A DNA stretch of 63,832 nucleotides, the filler included, from Globobulimina sp. (lineage: Eukaryota), in NCBI GenBank assembly GCA_003354225.1. It is 55 parts of 55 records of this genome, joined end to end, with 100 filler letters (N's around TTAATTAATTAA, not from the genome) between each part and the next. Parts side by side here need not be neighbours in the genome. Positions count along the whole stretch, not along the records: positions 60,449 to 61,510 come from PIVH01024541.1; positions 61,611 to 62,671 come from PIVH01024542.1; positions 62,772 to 63,832 come from PIVH01024543.1; 52 more parts are not named here. One strand, written 5' to 3'. The translations under genes were made by a program, and so were the position numbers. Every line of letters starts with the position of its first letter. Positions within the stretch are counted from its first letter, which is position 1. Shown in pieces: positions 60,746 to 63,832 of this stretch. The notes under the pieces were generated by a model. That model was not told the DNA's origin. It searched no databases and saw nothing but the letters and a program-made list of their open reading frames with translations.

Positions 60746-61181
60746 ATATCACAAATAACATGCGGATTTTATTGATTTTATTCCGATTGATAACTGGGCA
60801 GTCGACCTGCAATTGTCCATAGCAATCCGAATATCACAAATGAAATGCGTGTTTTATTCAATTGATTCAGATTAATAGCCGGCTGATACATCCTGTTGTC
60901 CATGTCCATACCAACAGCAATCAATTAAATCAAACACATATTTTATTGATTGTATCGTGATTGATATCAAGGTGGCTTGAGACACGCGTTTGCGCTCCCT
61001 ACATTCTGAAAATCACTGTCGTGCAAGCGATGGAGGACAAAGTCAAGTTTTTTTGATTAATCACATAATCTCAAGTTTTTCAAGCTTCAAGTGTCACTGA
61101 AGCATGTCACCAGTCTAGCAAACACAATCATTCGCATCGATCCCACAGTTCGCGCGCACCGTCACAGTCATTGATTTAATC

Positions 61182-61510
61182 ATGAATCGCAACAGATCTC
61201 ATTCCGTGAACATCATTGTTTGCTTTGCTTTTATTGTTACTGTTCTCAGCACTGACCTATTCTCGCCTGTCAAAGCGCATTCACACTCCAAAACAGCACA
61301 AATGAACACTAAAGTGTGGGCCAATCCCTTCCCACAAAAACATATGTTTCCAATGCATATTACGGCCATTATTCACAGTAATAAACCAAACAATAATCCA
61401 ACACTCCAAAAAATAATGAACGCAAATCCGAGTGAAACAATGATTGATTTTGTGGTTGAAACCGTTAATTTTGCTTCGTTTGCCCAAGATGGAATGGTGA
61501 CAATATATGC
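61182..61510 (+). CDS. Secreted hypothetical protein, N-terminus
   Basis: Signal-peptide-like IIVCFAFIVTVLS; open to the contig end. Confidence 0.4.
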
Positions 61511-61610
61511 NNNNNNNNNNNNNNNNNNNNNNNNNNNNNNNNNNNNNNNNNNNNTTAATTAATTAANNNNNNNNNNNNNNNNNNNNNNNNNNNNNNNNNN
61601 NNNNNNNNNN

Positions 61611-62671
61611 TTGTATCCGCATACTGGATCCCTTTGCCATGGCTTACATTTATTTGATGGATTGCCGCATGCGCACATTCTTCGTGATGTGAACATTATA
61701 TATAAAAATAAGTTGAATGTGCATAAGCTGCATAATACAAATAAAAATCTCCTATCTTGCCATTCATATACAAATGAGACAGTAATCCAAGCCACATTCC
61801 ATATTATTTGCCGATACCACGAATATATTGACCCAACAGCAGAATGTGCAGAATATCCATTACAATCAGCTCCATTTGGTAACGCTGATAATAATCCAGC
61901 AAATAAATACAATTCAAACTTATCTTCACAATTTATCATATTTGTTGTTTGGAATTTACTTCCAACCAAATTTCCAATCACCACAAAAAACATAAACTCA
62001 AACAACAGGCTAAGAATTAAAAAGAGTCCGCTAAAATGTATCCAAACCAAACCGCATAATACAATTCGCAAAATTGTGTCAATATATCGCCAGAAGACTC
62101 GGATCAAATATCTCCAGTTACAACATAATAATCTTTTATTTGTACAATGTTTCCTTTTCCACACTTTCCAAACACATTTACATTGAATATCTTTGGCCAA
62201 ACTTTGCGGTGTAAACCAATCTCTATCTTCTTTTACCTGAGCGTTGGAAATGGATATTAAGGAAAATAACTGTGATACGATAATAATAAAATGCACATTG
62301 GATATGCCAACTTTTAATATTACGTAAATTGATATCAATGCTTGCACTGAAGATTCGAATAATGCTTCAAGCAAAGATATATATTGTTGGATCCACGATG
62401 CTTCGTTCAAACCTAATGTCCAGCTTTGATGCAATATTTTAAATATTAATAAATCAAAAATTTGCAAAACGAAATCCCATTTATTACGACTGAAGAAAAA
62501 ATACAATGAAGCTGTAACAATGCGATACAATAAAAAACTCAGTAAAGAGGCGACAAATAAATTATTATAATTTATATCATAGGGATTGTCGTCATTTAAT
62601 TGCGATAAAGTGTAAAATTCAAATATGACCGCAATGTCAGATGACATGTCCGCAAAATGTGTTATTATTGG
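61611..62671 (-). CDS. XK-related multi-pass membrane protein (internal)
   Basis: HFADMSSDIAV, LLEALFESSVQALI, SQLFSLISI. Confidence 0.7.
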
Positions 62672-63568
62672 NNNNNNNNNNNNNNNNNNNNNNNNNNNNN
62701 NNNNNNNNNNNNNNNTTAATTAATTAANNNNNNNNNNNNNNNNNNNNNNNNNNNNNNNNNNNNNNNNNNNNGCCAAGTACATATTTCACTAAAGACCTCC
62801 GACAGAACGGTAGAGTCAGCGCAGCAATGTAATCATGTAACCTCAATAGAGCCGGGCGCTGTTTCATCAACTAGTGATACCGACTAACATGTATGTTTAC
62901 TTACAATAAAAACTTTTGCCACTTCGCAAATTAGGAAACCCATCACCTTCAATGTTGACTATTTTTAAACCGGACTCTTCCTTGCCACCACACAATTGAT
63001 GAGTACATGTATAGTTAATAGATCGGATGTGATCATTTAGAGAACCCTCGGGAACGGAAGAGAACAAATATCGTTCCAGTCCTTTTTTTAATTTCATGTC
63101 TATCTATAAGCAGGAAAATACTTTCAATATTGCTATACGTACTTGTATATAAATGGATTTGGATATATAATATATATATGGATATATAATTGGCTTACAT
63201 TGTCGATAAAGGTAAATGCTATAAATAATTCCGAATTTTATGCAATATAATGCAAAACATTCAAAAACGGTACGAAATACAGTATGTTATAAATGCACAT
63301 GTTATGAATGCATTGTTATGAAATACAGTATGTGTATGAAATGTGATGTGTATGTTATGAAATGAATGCAATGTGTATGAAATACAGCTAACAATGTTGA
63401 CTCAAAAAATCTGAATTACCATAACATCGTCAGTTTTGGCTAGGCAATTATAAAATACAACATACAATACAAGAACAAAAATATCAATGAACTAAAAAGA
63501 AATTTTTTCAAATCTACTTAGGGGTTGATTCGGTCGAATTCTTCATCACAATCGACGGGTGTCACTGG

Positions 63569-63769
63569 TCATGGCTTCCAGTCGGCTGGATAATTATCAT
63601 CATAACAATTTTGTATCAAATGGATGACGTGTGGATCACCAAATTCCAAGTAGCACAATTCTCCCAGCGTCATTTCCTCCAATGGATCGTTTGGTCCATG
63701 ATAGGGCCATCCATAGTCCCTGAAGATCTGTTCAAAACCAAAAGGAGCCCTTGTCTCAGCGTCGGTCAT
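63569..63769 (-). CDS. Small acidic hypothetical protein or exon
   Basis: Coding-like composition only. Confidence 0.25.
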   Translation of the reverse strand: MTDAETRAPFGFEQIFRDYGWPYHGPNDPLEEMTLGELCYLEFGDPHVIHLIQNCYDDNYPADWKP

Positions 63770-63832
63770 ACTCGTGTTTCTTCCTGGATACGGATCAGGA
63801 GAGAGTTGATCTGGAAAAAGTATTAAAAATGA

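Overview
This window is not a continuous locus. It is 55 short contigs sorted by length (24 of 1063 bp, 29 of 1062 bp, 2 of 1061 bp), each joined by an artificial 100-bp linker (N44-TTAATTAATTAA-N44), so adjacency across linkers means nothing and most genes are partial. Most contigs look like an AT-rich, compact protist genome with short GT-AG introns. The gene families (SAM, MATH, SPRY, HSPA12, ART-like, PT-rich surface proteins, orphan 7TM) suggest a foraminiferan/rhizarian, but that is inference. Mixed in are a bacterial contig (rpiB plus a 4Fe-4S protein, Desulfobacterota-like), a T4-like phage tail fragment, and transposable elements: Polinton/Maverick pieces, a Penelope-like element, two minimal hammerhead ribozymes, a complete non-autonomous Helitron, Ty1/copia, Mutator and hAT ends. 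An exact inverted duplication at one contig end suggests whole-genome amplification. Best leads: (1) a plant-type PLS-E PPR protein, the architecture of organellar RNA-editing factors; (2) a voltage-sensing phosphatase; (3) a paralogous ADP-ribosyltransferase-like family; (4) an in-frame 7TM::multiheme-cytochrome fusion that may be a chimera; (5) the hammerheads and Maverick fragments. All calls come from motif recognition by eye; no searches were run.
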